64,000 nt of DNA, from contig CAZPYM010000001.1 of NCBI GenBank assembly GCA_964590105.1, forward strand, positions 160,395-224,394, written 5' to 3'. This DNA is from an uncultured Gammaproteobacteria bacterium. GTDB taxonomy: Bacteria; Patescibacteriota; Patescibacteriia; UBA11705; JABHMO01. A program made the position numbers and the translations under genes. Shown piece after piece: positions 37,537-48,358 of the stretch (positions are counted from its first letter, which is position 1; every line of letters starts with the position of its first letter). The notes under the pieces are model-generated. The model was not told the DNA's origin, made no database searches, and was given only the letters and a program-made list of their open reading frames with translations.

Positions 37537-38109
37537 ATGCCAACGACAATCATCTACATTGTAATCGCAGTCGTCCTGATCATCATTTTTTGGCTGGTGG
37601 CTGTGTACAATGGATTAATTAAATTGAGAAATCGCGTTGATGAAGCTTTCTCCGATGTTGATGTTCAGCTGAAAAGACGCTATGACCTGATTCCAAATCT
37701 AATGGAAACAGTCAAGGGTTACATGCAGCACGAAGCCGGCACCCTGCAAAAAGTTACTGAAGCGAGAACAGCGGCGATGAGCGTTCACGACGACAAAAAC
37801 GCTTCAATGGAAGACAAAGGCAAAGCGGAAAATATGCTTAGTGGCGCGCTCAAAACTTTGTTTGCGGTAGCGGAAAGTTATCCGGATCTAAAAGCTTCAG
37901 CAAACTTTGCCAAACTTCAAGACGAGCTGAGCGACACTGAAAACAAAATTCAGGCCGCGCGCCGATTTTTCAATGGCAATGTCCGCGACTTCAATACCAA
38001 AATCCAGGTTTTCCCGAACAATATGATTGCCAATGGACTTGGCTTTAAAAAGTATGAATTTTTTGCCGCGGAAGAAGGGGAAAGGGAAAACGTTAAAGTG
38101 AAATTCTAA
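37537..38109 (+). CDS. lemA: LemA family protein.
   Basis: An N-terminal TM is followed by the LemA conserved core (GLIKLRNRVDEAFSDVDVQLKRRYDLIPNL...). Confidence 0.8.
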   Translation: MPTTIIYIVIAVVLIIIFWLVAVYNGLIKLRNRVDEAFSDVDVQLKRRYDLIPNLMETVKGYMQHEAGTLQKVTEARTAAMSVHDDKNASMEDKGKAENMLSGALKTLFAVAESYPDLKASANFAKLQDELSDTENKIQAARRFFNGNVRDFNTKIQVFPNNMIANGLGFKKYEFFAAEEGERENVKVKF

Positions 38110-38267
38110 AAGCCGAAAATAAAAAGAATCAAAGAGGTTGAGCTCATTTTTAGATTTCTGAAAAGGCCTAAATAAAAATATGAGAAATTTTGTTATCGTA
38201 GAACATATTGTTATAACAATTATTGTGTGATGCAATTTGGTGGATATAAAAGAAAAAGGAGGGGAAA

Positions 38268-38804
38268 ATGAGGATTAGGTTACTAATGCGAAAGGAAGTG
38301 CCGACTTTACTGGCACTTTACCAAGCCGCTTTTATGGGCAAACCATGGTTTATGTCATGGTCGTTGGAGAAGACAAAAAATTTATTCCAGGAGAGATCGG
38401 CGTTACCTGATTTTCTGTGTCATGTTTTAATAAAAGATGGCGTTATTGTAGCTGCGCACGGCTATAATCGTTTTTCAGACTGGAAACAATTAGGGGAATA
38501 TTTAGGCCCGACTGTAGGTGAAGACCTTGCTGTCCAATTGGCTGGCAGTGAAATATATTATGAAAATCTGCTTATCACCGACACTAAGGTTCAGGGTCGC
38601 GGTTTGGCGACAAGGTTAAGACAAGAAGTTTTTCGTCGCCTGCGCCGAAAGATTAATTCGCAAAAGGCAGTCGTGATTGCGCGTTATCGGTCAGATAATT
38701 TTGGAACAATCCAGAGTGCGAAAAAATGCGGCTTTGTTCACAGTGGAATTGAGTCGCCATTGCCAAATGGCCTGTTCTTTCAGTATTGGCAACTCATTTT
38801 GTAA
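38268..38804 (+). CDS. GNAT-family acetyltransferase (tentative).
   Basis: VQGRGLATRL resembles GNAT motif A (Q/RxxGxG/A). Confidence 0.4.
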   Translation: MRIRLLMRKEVPTLLALYQAAFMGKPWFMSWSLEKTKNLFQERSALPDFLCHVLIKDGVIVAAHGYNRFSDWKQLGEYLGPTVGEDLAVQLAGSEIYYENLLITDTKVQGRGLATRLRQEVFRRLRRKINSQKAVVIARYRSDNFGTIQSAKKCGFVHSGIESPLPNGLFFQYWQLIL

Positions 38805-38852
38805 ATAAAAGGCCGGCGTGTCCGGCCTTAATTCAATAAATATAATTTACAT

Positions 38853-39743
38853 ATGTACTCGCAAATTGACACGAACAAAAGAAATTCAGTATTCTTGGTT
38901 GTAATATTTTTTGGCGTCCTGCTTGGAGTTGGCTATGCTTTTGATTATTTTTACGGCTTTGAGGGCGTGCCTTATGTTGGCCTGACAATTGCGCTCGCAG
39001 TTTCATTATTAATGACTGCTGTTTCATATTTCAAAGGCGACAAAATCGCTCTGGCCGCTACCGGCGCCAAGCCGATTAGTAAGGAGCAAAATCCTTACGT
39101 CTACAATCTGGTTGAAAACCTCTGCATTACAGCCGGCTCGCCAATGCCTGCGATCTACATTATCGAAGACGCGGCAATCAATGCTTTTGCTACCGGCAGA
39201 AAACCGGAGCTTTCTTCAATCGCAATCACAACCGGCGCGATTTCCAAACTTGAAAATGAAGAACTCGAAGGAGTGCTGGCGCATGAACTTTCACATATTA
39301 AAAATTTTGATATTCGTTTTATGATGCTGGTCGCAGTGCTGGTCGGGACAATCGCGATCTTGGCTGATATTTTTTTACGGTTGAGTTTTTTTGGCGGACG
39401 CGGCCGATCGCGGGAAAACAAAGGCGGCGGTCCAATAATTTTTATAATTGGGCTCATCTTTATAATTATCTCTCCGATAATTGCTCAGCTGATCAAATTT
39501 GCCATTTCCAGAAGAAGAGAATATCTGGCTGATGCTTCGGGCGCGCTCCTGACCCGCTATCCAGCCGGATTGGCCAATGCCCTTGAGAAAATTCGACAGG
39601 AAAACATTCCTATGCAACGCGCTTCAAAAGCAACCGCGCATTTATTTATTTCCAATCCGTTCCAAGGACAAAAAATTAAAAATGTTTTTTCCACTCATCC
39701 GCCGATTGAGGACAGAATTAGAAAGCTAAGGGAAATGGCCTAG
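38853..39743 (+). CDS. htpX: HtpX-like M48 zinc metalloprotease.
   Basis: Contains HELSHIKNFD (HExxH), TM helices, and a LemA-HtpX neighbourhood. Confidence 0.8.
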   Translation: MYSQIDTNKRNSVFLVVIFFGVLLGVGYAFDYFYGFEGVPYVGLTIALAVSLLMTAVSYFKGDKIALAATGAKPISKEQNPYVYNLVENLCITAGSPMPAIYIIEDAAINAFATGRKPELSSIAITTGAISKLENEELEGVLAHELSHIKNFDIRFMMLVAVLVGTIAILADIFLRLSFFGGRGRSRENKGGGPIIFIIGLIFIIISPIIAQLIKFAISRRREYLADASGALLTRYPAGLANALEKIRQENIPMQRASKATAHLFISNPFQGQKIKNVFSTHPPIEDRIRKLREMA

Positions 39744-39784
39744 TTGAATAATAAATTACAATAATAAATAACAAATTACAGAAA

Positions 39785-40579
39785 GTGGCAATTATGACAG
39801 AAAAGATAATAAACAGTAAGGACAATGAAAAAATAAAATTGCTAAGAAAATTGCAGCAAAAAAAATATCGCCGGCAATATGGTTTGTTTCTGGTTGAAAA
39901 TTTAAAGACAATTATGGACGCGCTAGCCGGAAAATATGCTTTTGAAATGCTTTATGTGACTCAAGAATTTATTAACGCCCACGAAAAAGAATTCAGCGCT
40001 GTAATTGAAAAACAAAAGGCCAGTGAATATTTTGTTCTGCCGGCTAATCTTTTTAATGAACTTTCTGAATTGGATACACCGGCCGGTATTTGCGCGGTTT
40101 ATAAAATCCCGAAGCAGCAACTTGATTTCACTGAAAATATTATTTATTTGAATGCTGTTGCTGATCCGGGAAACCTGGGAGCGATTTTGCGATCAGCTGT
40201 TGCCTTTGACTTCAAAAATATTATCGTTGACGAAAAATGCGTTGATATTTATAACGCCAAAACTATTCAGGCGGCCAAGAATTCAATTTTTGAATTGAAT
40301 ATTGTTGAAGATAGCGGCAGAAAGTTATTAGCTGAAGCGAAAAGCAAAGGTTTAAAAATAATTGCAACTTCAATGACTTCGCGAGCAAAAGAATTGTTTG
40401 GCTGGCGGGCAAAGGGAAAGCTTTGTTTGGTTTTTGGTAGCGAAGCGCGCGGTATTGATAGCGAATTAATTCAGATCTCAGATAAAATTATAAAAATAAA
40501 GATTAGCCGGAAAATTGAATCGCTCGGTGTAAGTAGCGCAGTAGCCATTGTTTTGTATCATATTTATCAACAGGCGTAA
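39785..40579 (+). CDS. SpoU/TrmH family RNA 2'-O-methyltransferase.
   Basis: Contains NLGAILRSA and LVFGSEARGI motifs. Confidence 0.75.
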   Translation: MAIMTEKIINSKDNEKIKLLRKLQQKKYRRQYGLFLVENLKTIMDALAGKYAFEMLYVTQEFINAHEKEFSAVIEKQKASEYFVLPANLFNELSELDTPAGICAVYKIPKQQLDFTENIIYLNAVADPGNLGAILRSAVAFDFKNIIVDEKCVDIYNAKTIQAAKNSIFELNIVEDSGRKLLAEAKSKGLKIIATSMTSRAKELFGWRAKGKLCLVFGSEARGIDSELIQISDKIIKIKISRKIESLGVSSAVAIVLYHIYQQA

Positions 40580-40629
40580 TTTGCCTTTTTATTTTAAAAT
40601 CATTAAAATTAATTAAGAACAATATAATA

Positions 40630-40776
40630 GTTATCAAGAGAGCAGCGAGGGATCTAGCCCCGTGACCTGCCGACAACCCTTGGATTATCCAAGAAGGTGT
40701 CAATTCTAGCCCATTTGGGGGAGATAAGCATTGTTTTACTATGCAAAAACTCTTCTTATTTGGGAAGAGATTTTTT
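40630..40776 (+). ncRNA. SAM-I (S-box) riboswitch aptamer plus intrinsic terminator upstream of metK.
   Basis: uUAUCAAGAGAGcagcGAGGGAucuaGCCCcgUGAccugccgACAACC...GGUGUCAAUUCUagcc...GAGAUAAgc follows the SAM-I consensus (the P1 strands UUAUC/GAUAA pair, with GAGGGA, GCCC..UGA, GCAACC-like, GGUGCCAAUUCC-like). The terminator is CTCTTCttatttggGAAGAGaTTTTTT at 40750-40776. Confidence 0.7.
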
Positions 40777-40798
40777 ATTAATAATTTATACTAAGTCT

Positions 40799-41755
40799 AT
40801 GCTTAAAACAGCAGAATCAGTGTCCCCGATGCATCCGGACAAAATTTGTGACAGGATTTCTGACGCCATCCTGGATGTTTGTCTGACCCATGATCCGTAT
40901 TCGCGGGTGGCAGTGGAAACAATGGGAGGACATGGTGTTATTACCATTACGGGCGAGATTACTTCAACCGCAATATTTGATGCGGAAAAAATCGCCAAGC
41001 GCGTGGCCGGCGATCAGTATCAGGTCAGTGTTAATATTGTCCAGCAATCGCCGGACATTGCCCGCGGTGTTGATCCGGGCGGAGCCGGCGATCAGGGCAT
41101 TATGGTTGGCTATGCATCAGCTGAAACGCCGGAATACATTCCTCTTGAAGTGAAACTTTCGCGCGATTTGTGCAAAGTTTTGTTTGTCAAGTATAAAACT
41201 GACGGAAAAACGCAAATTACTCTTGAAGATGCTAAAATCAAAACTGTGGTTGCTAGTTTTCAGCATGCCAAAGCCGATGATCTGAGGCAATTAATTGCAA
41301 CTTGGCTGGAAGGCAAATTAACGACAGATGATTTGCAAGTTTTTGCTAATCCGGCGGGCGATTGGTCGCAGGGCGGATTTGAAGCAGATACCGGCGTTAC
41401 CGGTAGAAAATTGATTGTGGATAACTACGGCCCTCGCGTGCCGATCGGAGGCGGCGCATTTTCCGGCAAAGATTCAACTAAGGTCGACCGTTCAGCCGCC
41501 TATATGGCAAGAAAAGTGGCAGTTGATTATTTGAAAAAAAATAATGCCAGAGAAGTGGTGTGTCATTTGGCTTATTCGATCGGCGTGGCCGAACCGGTCA
41601 TGGCGGTCGTTGATATTGACGGGCGCAAAGAAAAAGTTGAAGGCTATGATTTATCGCCAAAAGGTATTATTGAATTTCTTGAATTGCGCAAGCCGCAGTT
41701 TGAACATACTGCTGAGTTCGGACACTTTGGCAATGGATTCAAGTGGGACAATTAA
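40799..41755 (+). CDS. metK: S-adenosylmethionine synthetase (short form, 318 aa).
   Basis: AESVSPMHPDKICDRISDAILDVCL is the MetK N-terminal motif. I chose the start at the first ATG; the ORF-track start is a GTG inside the riboswitch. Confidence 0.8.
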   Translation: MLKTAESVSPMHPDKICDRISDAILDVCLTHDPYSRVAVETMGGHGVITITGEITSTAIFDAEKIAKRVAGDQYQVSVNIVQQSPDIARGVDPGGAGDQGIMVGYASAETPEYIPLEVKLSRDLCKVLFVKYKTDGKTQITLEDAKIKTVVASFQHAKADDLRQLIATWLEGKLTTDDLQVFANPAGDWSQGGFEADTGVTGRKLIVDNYGPRVPIGGGAFSGKDSTKVDRSAAYMARKVAVDYLKKNNAREVVCHLAYSIGVAEPVMAVVDIDGRKEKVEGYDLSPKGIIEFLELRKPQFEHTAEFGHFGNGFKWDN

Positions 41756-41831
41756 ATAATAAGCCGCGGTTTTTTTTATAAATAAAGTATGTTATAATAA
41801 ATCTAGGAAATTAAATAATTATAATAACATT

Positions 41832-42026
41832 ATGAAAAAAAGAAGTTCAAATCAGTCAAACGGGAAGCAATGTAAAACAAACGTCATTAAAGGGAGCGAT
41901 TTTTGGTTAAATATTCAAGCCGGAATTATCATTGTCGCAATTATCAGTTTAACTGCAGTTTTGGGGTATATTGTGGGTTTAACCGTGGTGGATGTATTTC
42001 CTTCATTGGCTTCGTCTGGTATTTAA
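41832..42026 (+). CDS. Small membrane protein, hypothetical.
   Basis: A 64-aa ORF with one TM. Confidence 0.3.
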   Translation: MKKRSSNQSNGKQCKTNVIKGSDFWLNIQAGIIIVAIISLTAVLGYIVGLTVVDVFPSLASSGI

Positions 42027-42324
42027 GATGAAATAAAATAATATTCTGCAAAACATTGCCGATAATATGCCAAATGTCGGCAATTTTTTTTACTGAAGTT
42101 TTTGATGTTGTTTTGCTAAGTGGCGAGCGCGCCAGACAAAGCAGACGATTATTCAAGATCCAATTAGACAGACGGATATTTGACTTCAAATACGGGTCGG
42201 CCAAACGGGATGTTGTTTGTGTTTTTGTTGTTTGCGGATGTAATCTTTGTTACTCAAAAGAGCAAGCGTACAGTCTAAAAAAAATACGGGTCCTGCCATC
42301 GAGCAGGCCCGTTTTTTTAAAAAA

Positions 42325-44427
42325 TTATTTCGCAAAGTAAAATATGTGATTCGCGCCATTATCAGTTATATACCAGTCGTCGGCGATTTGTTTTGTTTCG
42401 GCAATAATATTTTTCGAGTTGCTCCAATAATCAGCAACTACGAAATATAAATCATTCACCCCGGTCAATTCCATGGCTTGCTCTACAAATTCGCGTCGTG
42501 GTTCCACAAAAACCATTTTTTCATAAAACTGGTAAAGGTTATTTTTAGTGCCATTGGGAAGCGAGTAATAAAAATTACTATTATAATAATGTTTAAACCC
42601 GGCCTCGCGTATCGCGGCCGCGCCGAGCATTTGATTTGCCAGCACAACATAGTTTTGCGCGGCTGCGCCGGCAATCAGCTGAACCGTTTCAATATCGGCG
42701 CTAGTCACATTATATTCCTGCGAGTCTTTGTAATTGTCTTTTATTGGATACGAAAAATACAAACTCATGACTAGGCCGATCGTTAAAATAAAAATGCAGA
42801 ATAGTTTGAACGTCCAGAGTCCTCGTTGACGAAACCCATATTCAAAGAGCTTGTAAAATAAATAAACCACAATCGGTAAAAGAAAATATAGCGCTAGCTC
42901 CAGAATTCGATTTAAATATTGATCGCGATTTTGATTAGTGGCAAATTCAAAGTTTAGAATCGTTTTCGTAAAGACAAAGTTAACAAGCAGAATTGCGCCG
43001 ATAATGACATGTGGCAAAAAGGCCTTTTCTTGCTTTTGATAGAAAACTAACCAAATGCTAAACAGCGCGATGATTAAAAAAATTAATTTATAATTAAATC
43101 CATAAACATAAAACAAGTCTTGAATAAAATTAAATTGTTTATCAAAAATGAAAAAATTAAAATTAAATATCGTTGACGGGCTGGGAATTAAAAGGCTGAC
43201 CTTGAGTCCGTTAATAACCGAGTTCAGCACAAAAAGAGCGGGAAAAACAATGAGACCGGCAATGACCAGCAAAGCTTGAACTCCGCGTTGAATAAGTTTT
43301 TTATTAAATAAATCCCGGCTGATTATAAACAAAACAAAAAGTAGGATTGGAATTCCGAAAAGCGGATGAATGGCGCAGGTGATGACGGACAAAAACAGTA
43401 GAAAAGATCTGGGCATTTCGGAGCGGGGAATAAAACTTAGGAAAATAATAACCAAGCACAAAAGATTGGTCAGCCCCTGTGGCGTAGTATTGATGAAATA
43501 AGTGGCCGGCAGGACAAGCGCGGACAAGCAAGCGGCAAAGGAATATTTTTTTTCAAGTTTTAATCCTTGAGTCAGGCCGGCGTAAACAGAAATCGGAAAA
43601 AATATTGAAAAGCTGATCGGCAGGAGTGCTTTGTTTATCAACTCAACGGAAACTTGCAATAAATTGTGCAAGAAAATAATAATTGAATATTCGCCGATAT
43701 AATAAAACGTTTTTGGCAAAATTATTCCATTGGCCACAATCTCTTTAATGGCGGCCAAATGCAAAAAAGGATCATAACCATAGCCGATTTTGTAAATTAT
43801 TAAAGCAACAGAAGAAATGAGCAGTGTGTGAAGGCAAAGCAGGAAAAGCGAGAAATTCGACCATTTGTTTTTTAGTAAAATAATAATCAGAAGTGCGGTC
43901 CCAACAGTAAAGTAAATAAAAAAATTGTTCGGCACAATATTCCATGGTGAAGAAATTGCATCAGCTGTGCGCGCCAGAAAAAGCTGGCGGAAGTTCAAAG
44001 CAAGCAAAATTAAATAGGCAAGAATAAAAAGTTTCGGCTTCAAGTCAAATATAAATGTTTTAATTGCCACAAGCGTGTTGGCCAGAGAAAGGGAAGAAGG
44101 GGATTTGTGGCCATATAATTCAATTGCTAAAGAGACGGCCAGAAGGCTAATCAAAAAAATGACTGTATTGATCAGATACACATAAAAGCAAATCCATAGT
44201 ATAATAGAATTAATTCCGACAAAAACGAGAAGGCCAAAAGGCACCTGAAACCAGCGTTCCATTTTGGGAAATAAAACTACGCCAAGTCTCTGGCCGTAAA
44301 AACACAAAATAATCGCGCTGATAATTATTCCTAGTAGCGCGTTGTGAATAAAGCTCAAATTTGCTAAAATGATTCCGGCAAATACGAGCGTGCGGATGAT
44401 TTTGACTGCTTTGGTTTGAATGCTCAT
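42325..44427 (-). CDS. Large polytopic membrane protein, possibly a GT-C-type glycosyltransferase or a YfhO-like protein.
   Basis: A 700-aa protein with more than 12 TM helices and a C-terminal soluble domain. No specific motif was recognised. Confidence 0.4.
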   Translation of the reverse strand: MSIQTKAVKIIRTLVFAGIILANLSFIHNALLGIIISAIILCFYGQRLGVVLFPKMERWFQVPFGLLVFVGINSIILWICFYVYLINTVIFLISLLAVSLAIELYGHKSPSSLSLANTLVAIKTFIFDLKPKLFILAYLILLALNFRQLFLARTADAISSPWNIVPNNFFIYFTVGTALLIIILLKNKWSNFSLFLLCLHTLLISSVALIIYKIGYGYDPFLHLAAIKEIVANGIILPKTFYYIGEYSIIIFLHNLLQVSVELINKALLPISFSIFFPISVYAGLTQGLKLEKKYSFAACLSALVLPATYFINTTPQGLTNLLCLVIIFLSFIPRSEMPRSFLLFLSVITCAIHPLFGIPILLFVLFIISRDLFNKKLIQRGVQALLVIAGLIVFPALFVLNSVINGLKVSLLIPSPSTIFNFNFFIFDKQFNFIQDLFYVYGFNYKLIFLIIALFSIWLVFYQKQEKAFLPHVIIGAILLVNFVFTKTILNFEFATNQNRDQYLNRILELALYFLLPIVVYLFYKLFEYGFRQRGLWTFKLFCIFILTIGLVMSLYFSYPIKDNYKDSQEYNVTSADIETVQLIAGAAAQNYVVLANQMLGAAAIREAGFKHYYNSNFYYSLPNGTKNNLYQFYEKMVFVEPRREFVEQAMELTGVNDLYFVVADYWSNSKNIIAETKQIADDWYITDNGANHIFYFAK

Positions 44428-44455
44428 GTTTAAATTCTAGCACTAATTTACAAAA

Positions 44456-44971
44456 ATGAAAATCAGCGAAAAAAATTTTTTATTTACAGTTAAAATATTG
44501 ATTTGGCTTATTTTTGCAATCATAATTGTTTTTTTGGTCTGGCAAAAGGCGGCTCCCGCAGGACAGGTAACATATTTTTGGGATTTTTCAGAAAAGCCGC
44601 GTTTTATAAGCGATTTTTATCCGGTCGGCAGAGTTGCCTTGACGGACGGAATGCAGATTATAAATTCAGAGCCGGTGTATATTGATGTTTATTCGCCGCG
44701 CAGGTTTTCCAAAGCAAAAGTTAAAATAGTTTACCGCAGTCCCGCGCTGGAAACCAAGTTTGGAATAAAACTGAATGTCAATGACTGGGGTTTTTATTTT
44801 GAAAAACTACCGGCCACGGGTGAGCAATTTCAGGAGGCTGATTTGGAATTTAGCTTAGCCAAAGCGCAGCTCATCGGGAACAAGATCAAGTTTTCTTTAG
44901 CCGGCCCGGAAATAGATTCCAGCGTAGAAAAAATTATTTTGGATTCAATCGAAATAAATTTAATCAAATAA
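44456..44971 (+). CDS. Hypothetical membrane-anchored protein.
   Basis: N-terminal TM, 171 aa. Confidence 0.4.
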   Translation: MKISEKNFLFTVKILIWLIFAIIIVFLVWQKAAPAGQVTYFWDFSEKPRFISDFYPVGRVALTDGMQIINSEPVYIDVYSPRRFSKAKVKIVYRSPALETKFGIKLNVNDWGFYFEKLPATGEQFQEADLEFSLAKAQLIGNKIKFSLAGPEIDSSVEKIILDSIEINLIK

Positions 44972-44972
44972 A

Positions 44973-45149
44973 ATGAAAAATATTTTACAATCTTTATTTT
45001 CCAGTTTGTTTATCTTTTGGATCATTCTCGGCGTGCTCGAGCTGGTCATGCCCGGGTTTGCTATTTATTATATAAATTTGAATTGGCTGTTGCTAACTGT
45101 GATTGTAATGGGTTTTGTAAACTTACTAATTTTAGCTGACAAAAAATAG
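44973..45149 (+). CDS. Small membrane protein (58 aa). Not in the ORF track.
   Basis: My manual translation gives MKNILQSLFSSLFIFWIILGVLELVMPGFAIYYINLNWLLLTVIVMGFVNLLILADKK. It starts 2 nt after the upstream stop. Confidence 0.3.
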   Translation: MKNILQSLFSSLFIFWIILGVLELVMPGFAIYYINLNWLLLTVIVMGFVNLLILADKK

Positions 45150-45200
45150 TACTTATGTTACAATATATAAAATAACTAATTTTATTAGAAATTATTTTCT

Positions 45201-47093
45201 TTGAATTATATGGCACATAGAATTACGATGAATACGCAGTCATTGCAGAAAAATTTTCCTGAAGTATACCAGGATTTTTTCGCTAAATGCAATTTTGTAA
45301 CTTCGGCGCCAATTCAGTTTGACTGGTGCGGATCACATGCCTGGAGAATTGGCGGAATTTCAATATATCAGAAGTTGCCAATTAGGACTTATGTTGGCAT
45401 CGAAAAAATAGAAAAGGAAAACACGATTGAAATCGGCGATATGCTGGTTTTTAATCCGTTAGAGCAAACTTTTATTGATTCAACGGAAAGATTTTCCGGC
45501 TGGGATCGCCTACCCGAGATATTGCAACAAATAATCAAAGAGGATTTTCAAGGTCAGGGAGATTTTCCCGGATTTCGATTGCATTTTTTAGACGAGATGT
45601 CAGAATCTCATGGATATTCTGTCGCTGCGGAAACGGCTAATCTAAGTCTTTTGCTCCATCTGTATTTCGGGAAAGTATCTCCGGCCGAAGCGAGTTCAAT
45701 GGTTTTGATTCCGGGTGAAAAGTTTTTTACTAAAGATAGTTTGTTGTCTGAAAAAATGGACGGCATTATAAATATCGGCTGGAAAATGATTGTTTGTTGC
45801 GGTTGGAAAAGCTCTGCGGGGAATACGGTAAAATGTGCTTTTGTTAAATCAAATTATCCTGTGATTTCTTTTACGGAAAAGCGACAAGGAGATATTGAAA
45901 ATTTTGATGGCGCTGGCGCCCCGCTAAATTTGGAAAAAGATCCAGATTATGTATTTAAAATGAAAAGCTGGATTTTTCGTATGGAAAAATTGTTTAATCT
46001 GAATCCGACTGCGTGCTTTCCCCTCGATTTAGCGTTTATATATCCTGGATTTGGAAGATTGTTTGCTGACAGCACTGATTACACGGTCAATTATGTTATC
46101 CCGGCTATTAATGATCTTGCTGATTTTGCAAAAAAAACATTTGGAGAATACCTTGGAAAAGAAAAGACCGATCACGTTCCGGATTTTTTTAGTGAATGTA
46201 ACAAGGGAAAGGATCAATTTTGGCAGCGTTACTTGCAACTCAATTCAATAATCTCTCTCAAATTATTAAAGTCTATTCAGCTACTTTATAAGCAGCGAGC
46301 ATCACAGGAATCTCTCGCGGAGCTGTTTAAAGCAATAAAAGATATTGCTCGTTCCCGCGGTTTGTTTAGCGAGGAACATTCATTAAATCTTCAACATATT
46401 AGACATAAAATAGTGAAAGTCGCAGCAAAAACTGCCGGCGGTACTGATGTGGCAACCAGGTTTTTTAATTATGGGCAATTGGACGGCGGCATAATGGTGG
46501 TGGCGCCATATCAAAAATTTCGACGCGCCTTGCTGGAGGTTATTGAAGATTTGCAAAAAAATTATAATAAGGATATTTGTTTGGATTATGCTTCATGGAT
46601 TGACGGAACGGATTGTGACGCTATCGTCGTGGAACAATGTCTCGAGTCGGGGTTATATTCAAAATATATCCAGCCGAACTCAATTAAATTATTTGATTGG
46701 GAGGCTGGAAGCAGTCATCAGCGAGTGGTTAAGAAAAATGAAGATATTATCAAACAAGATTTTGATTTATTTTTGGATTTAATTGAAAATAAGATTTATA
46801 TCCGCGGAGAAAGCATTTCTTCAAAACAATTGCCCTCGCAAAAAGCAACGGCGGAACTTTTGGAATTTTTGTTAAATCATCCGGGTGAACTTCTGACAAA
46901 CAAACAACTTCCTGAAACCGGTTATTCCAAATACCGAAATGAATTGCAGGGAAAAATAATTACGCCATTGTCAAAACTTTTGAAAGAAAAAACCAAAAAA
47001 GATTTGGGACTAAAAATAACCGGCAAACTGATGAACTTTTTTGTGGAGTTTAATCCACGGAATTTAAAAATCGGAGTTATTGACCGAATATAA
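45201..47093 (+). CDS. Hypothetical protein with a C-terminal OmpR/PhoB-type winged-helix (trans_reg_C-like) domain.
   Basis: The C-terminus ...IYIRGESISSKQLPSQKATAELLEFLLNHPGELLTNKQL resembles the trans_reg_C DNA-binding domain. The N-terminal 400 aa are unassigned (weak GHMP-like pattern). Confidence 0.45.
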   Translation: MNYMAHRITMNTQSLQKNFPEVYQDFFAKCNFVTSAPIQFDWCGSHAWRIGGISIYQKLPIRTYVGIEKIEKENTIEIGDMLVFNPLEQTFIDSTERFSGWDRLPEILQQIIKEDFQGQGDFPGFRLHFLDEMSESHGYSVAAETANLSLLLHLYFGKVSPAEASSMVLIPGEKFFTKDSLLSEKMDGIINIGWKMIVCCGWKSSAGNTVKCAFVKSNYPVISFTEKRQGDIENFDGAGAPLNLEKDPDYVFKMKSWIFRMEKLFNLNPTACFPLDLAFIYPGFGRLFADSTDYTVNYVIPAINDLADFAKKTFGEYLGKEKTDHVPDFFSECNKGKDQFWQRYLQLNSIISLKLLKSIQLLYKQRASQESLAELFKAIKDIARSRGLFSEEHSLNLQHIRHKIVKVAAKTAGGTDVATRFFNYGQLDGGIMVVAPYQKFRRALLEVIEDLQKNYNKDICLDYASWIDGTDCDAIVVEQCLESGLYSKYIQPNSIKLFDWEAGSSHQRVVKKNEDIIKQDFDLFLDLIENKIYIRGESISSKQLPSQKATAELLEFLLNHPGELLTNKQLPETGYSKYRNELQGKIITPLSKLLKEKTKKDLGLKITGKLMNFFVEFNPRNLKIGVIDRI

Positions 47094-47115
47094 AGTTAGA
47101 TAAAAAAGATTGCCT

Positions 47116-48174
47116 TTAATCGGACAATCTTTTTGTTTTAGGAAAATAGCCAAGAAGTTTTTTGTAAATCCATGAGCAGAACCAGGAAACGGCAATGCTC
47201 AAAATCGTCGAAATAATAAATACCAGAATAAATTTAGCATAAAAATTGATTGGCGCGGTTTTTAGCTTGTAAAAAAATGCCTGGACGATTGGGAAATGAA
47301 TCAGGAATATCCACAAGCTGATTTTACCCAACCGGCAAATAAAATTGAATATAAAAGTTTGTTTTGTAAATAAGTTTTTAAAATAAAACAAAATAATAAG
47401 AATAACCGGCCCGAAAAATAGTCTATGGTTAAAGTAACCGGACGGTTGGATAAAGAAAATTAATAAATATAGGAAAATACCTGCGAGCCACCAGACCAGC
47501 TTGATTTTCTGACGGTCAAAACGAATGAAAAAATTCTGGTGTTTGGTCCCGTAAACAAAGAAAAATAAAAATGGAAAAAACAGAGGAATGTCATAGACGT
47601 AACACAAGCCTGGAATGTAGTGACTAATTAGAGAAACAGCAAAACTAATGAAAAGCAGTGAGCGATTATTTTTGACGGCAAGAAGTAATGGGTAAATCAG
47701 ATAGAATTGGATCAGAACAATAATAAAATAATAGGGAACAAGCGTATTGCCGGAAATTATCAGGTAGAGAAAGTCAGCCGGCGCTTTGCCACTCGCCGAC
47801 AATATCATCAAACTGACAAATAAGTACGGAATTAAAATCCTGACAATTTTGCGCCAATAAAACGTTTTCCAATTCGGAATGTTTTGTTGTAAAAGAATCC
47901 CTGAACAAATGAAAAAAACCGGGACTGCAAACCGGCTGACATTATTGATGAAAAATGAAAATGTTGAATGTTCGGGAAAATAATAAACAAAAAAATATTC
48001 AACGTGGATCAGGATGACCGCCAGGATGGCCAGGCCTTTTATAAAATCAAAATAATTTTGCCGTTCTCCCGGGCGTTCCACCGGCTTCTGTTCTGGCGAA
48101 CTAAAAAAGTGGCGCCGTAAATAGGGGACAAGCAGGATGAAAAGGCTTAAAATTGGCAGGGATAAGTTTTCCAT
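47116..48174 (-). CDS. Acyltransferase family 3 (OatA-like) membrane protein.
   Basis: DFIKGLAILAVILIHV at the N-terminus and a polytopic membrane topology. Confidence 0.7.
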   Translation of the reverse strand: MENLSLPILSLFILLVPYLRRHFFSSPEQKPVERPGERQNYFDFIKGLAILAVILIHVEYFFVYYFPEHSTFSFFINNVSRFAVPVFFICSGILLQQNIPNWKTFYWRKIVRILIPYLFVSLMILSASGKAPADFLYLIISGNTLVPYYFIIVLIQFYLIYPLLLAVKNNRSLLFISFAVSLISHYIPGLCYVYDIPLFFPFLFFFVYGTKHQNFFIRFDRQKIKLVWWLAGIFLYLLIFFIQPSGYFNHRLFFGPVILIILFYFKNLFTKQTFIFNFICRLGKISLWIFLIHFPIVQAFFYKLKTAPINFYAKFILVFIISTILSIAVSWFCSWIYKKLLGYFPKTKRLSD

Positions 48175-48358
48175 ACCTATATTTTACTTGATTTTGATTA
48201 AATTTGAAATAAAGAGGATGCAAAGATGCTTAATTTAGCGTTTTTTTGTTTTCATAAGAATTTCAGTATATTTCATTTGCCAAAAAAATTATAATTAAGT
48301 CAGAAAGAATAAACAGGGGCTTGAAAAGCCAGATGATTTCCGTAAATAATGTATAGAT

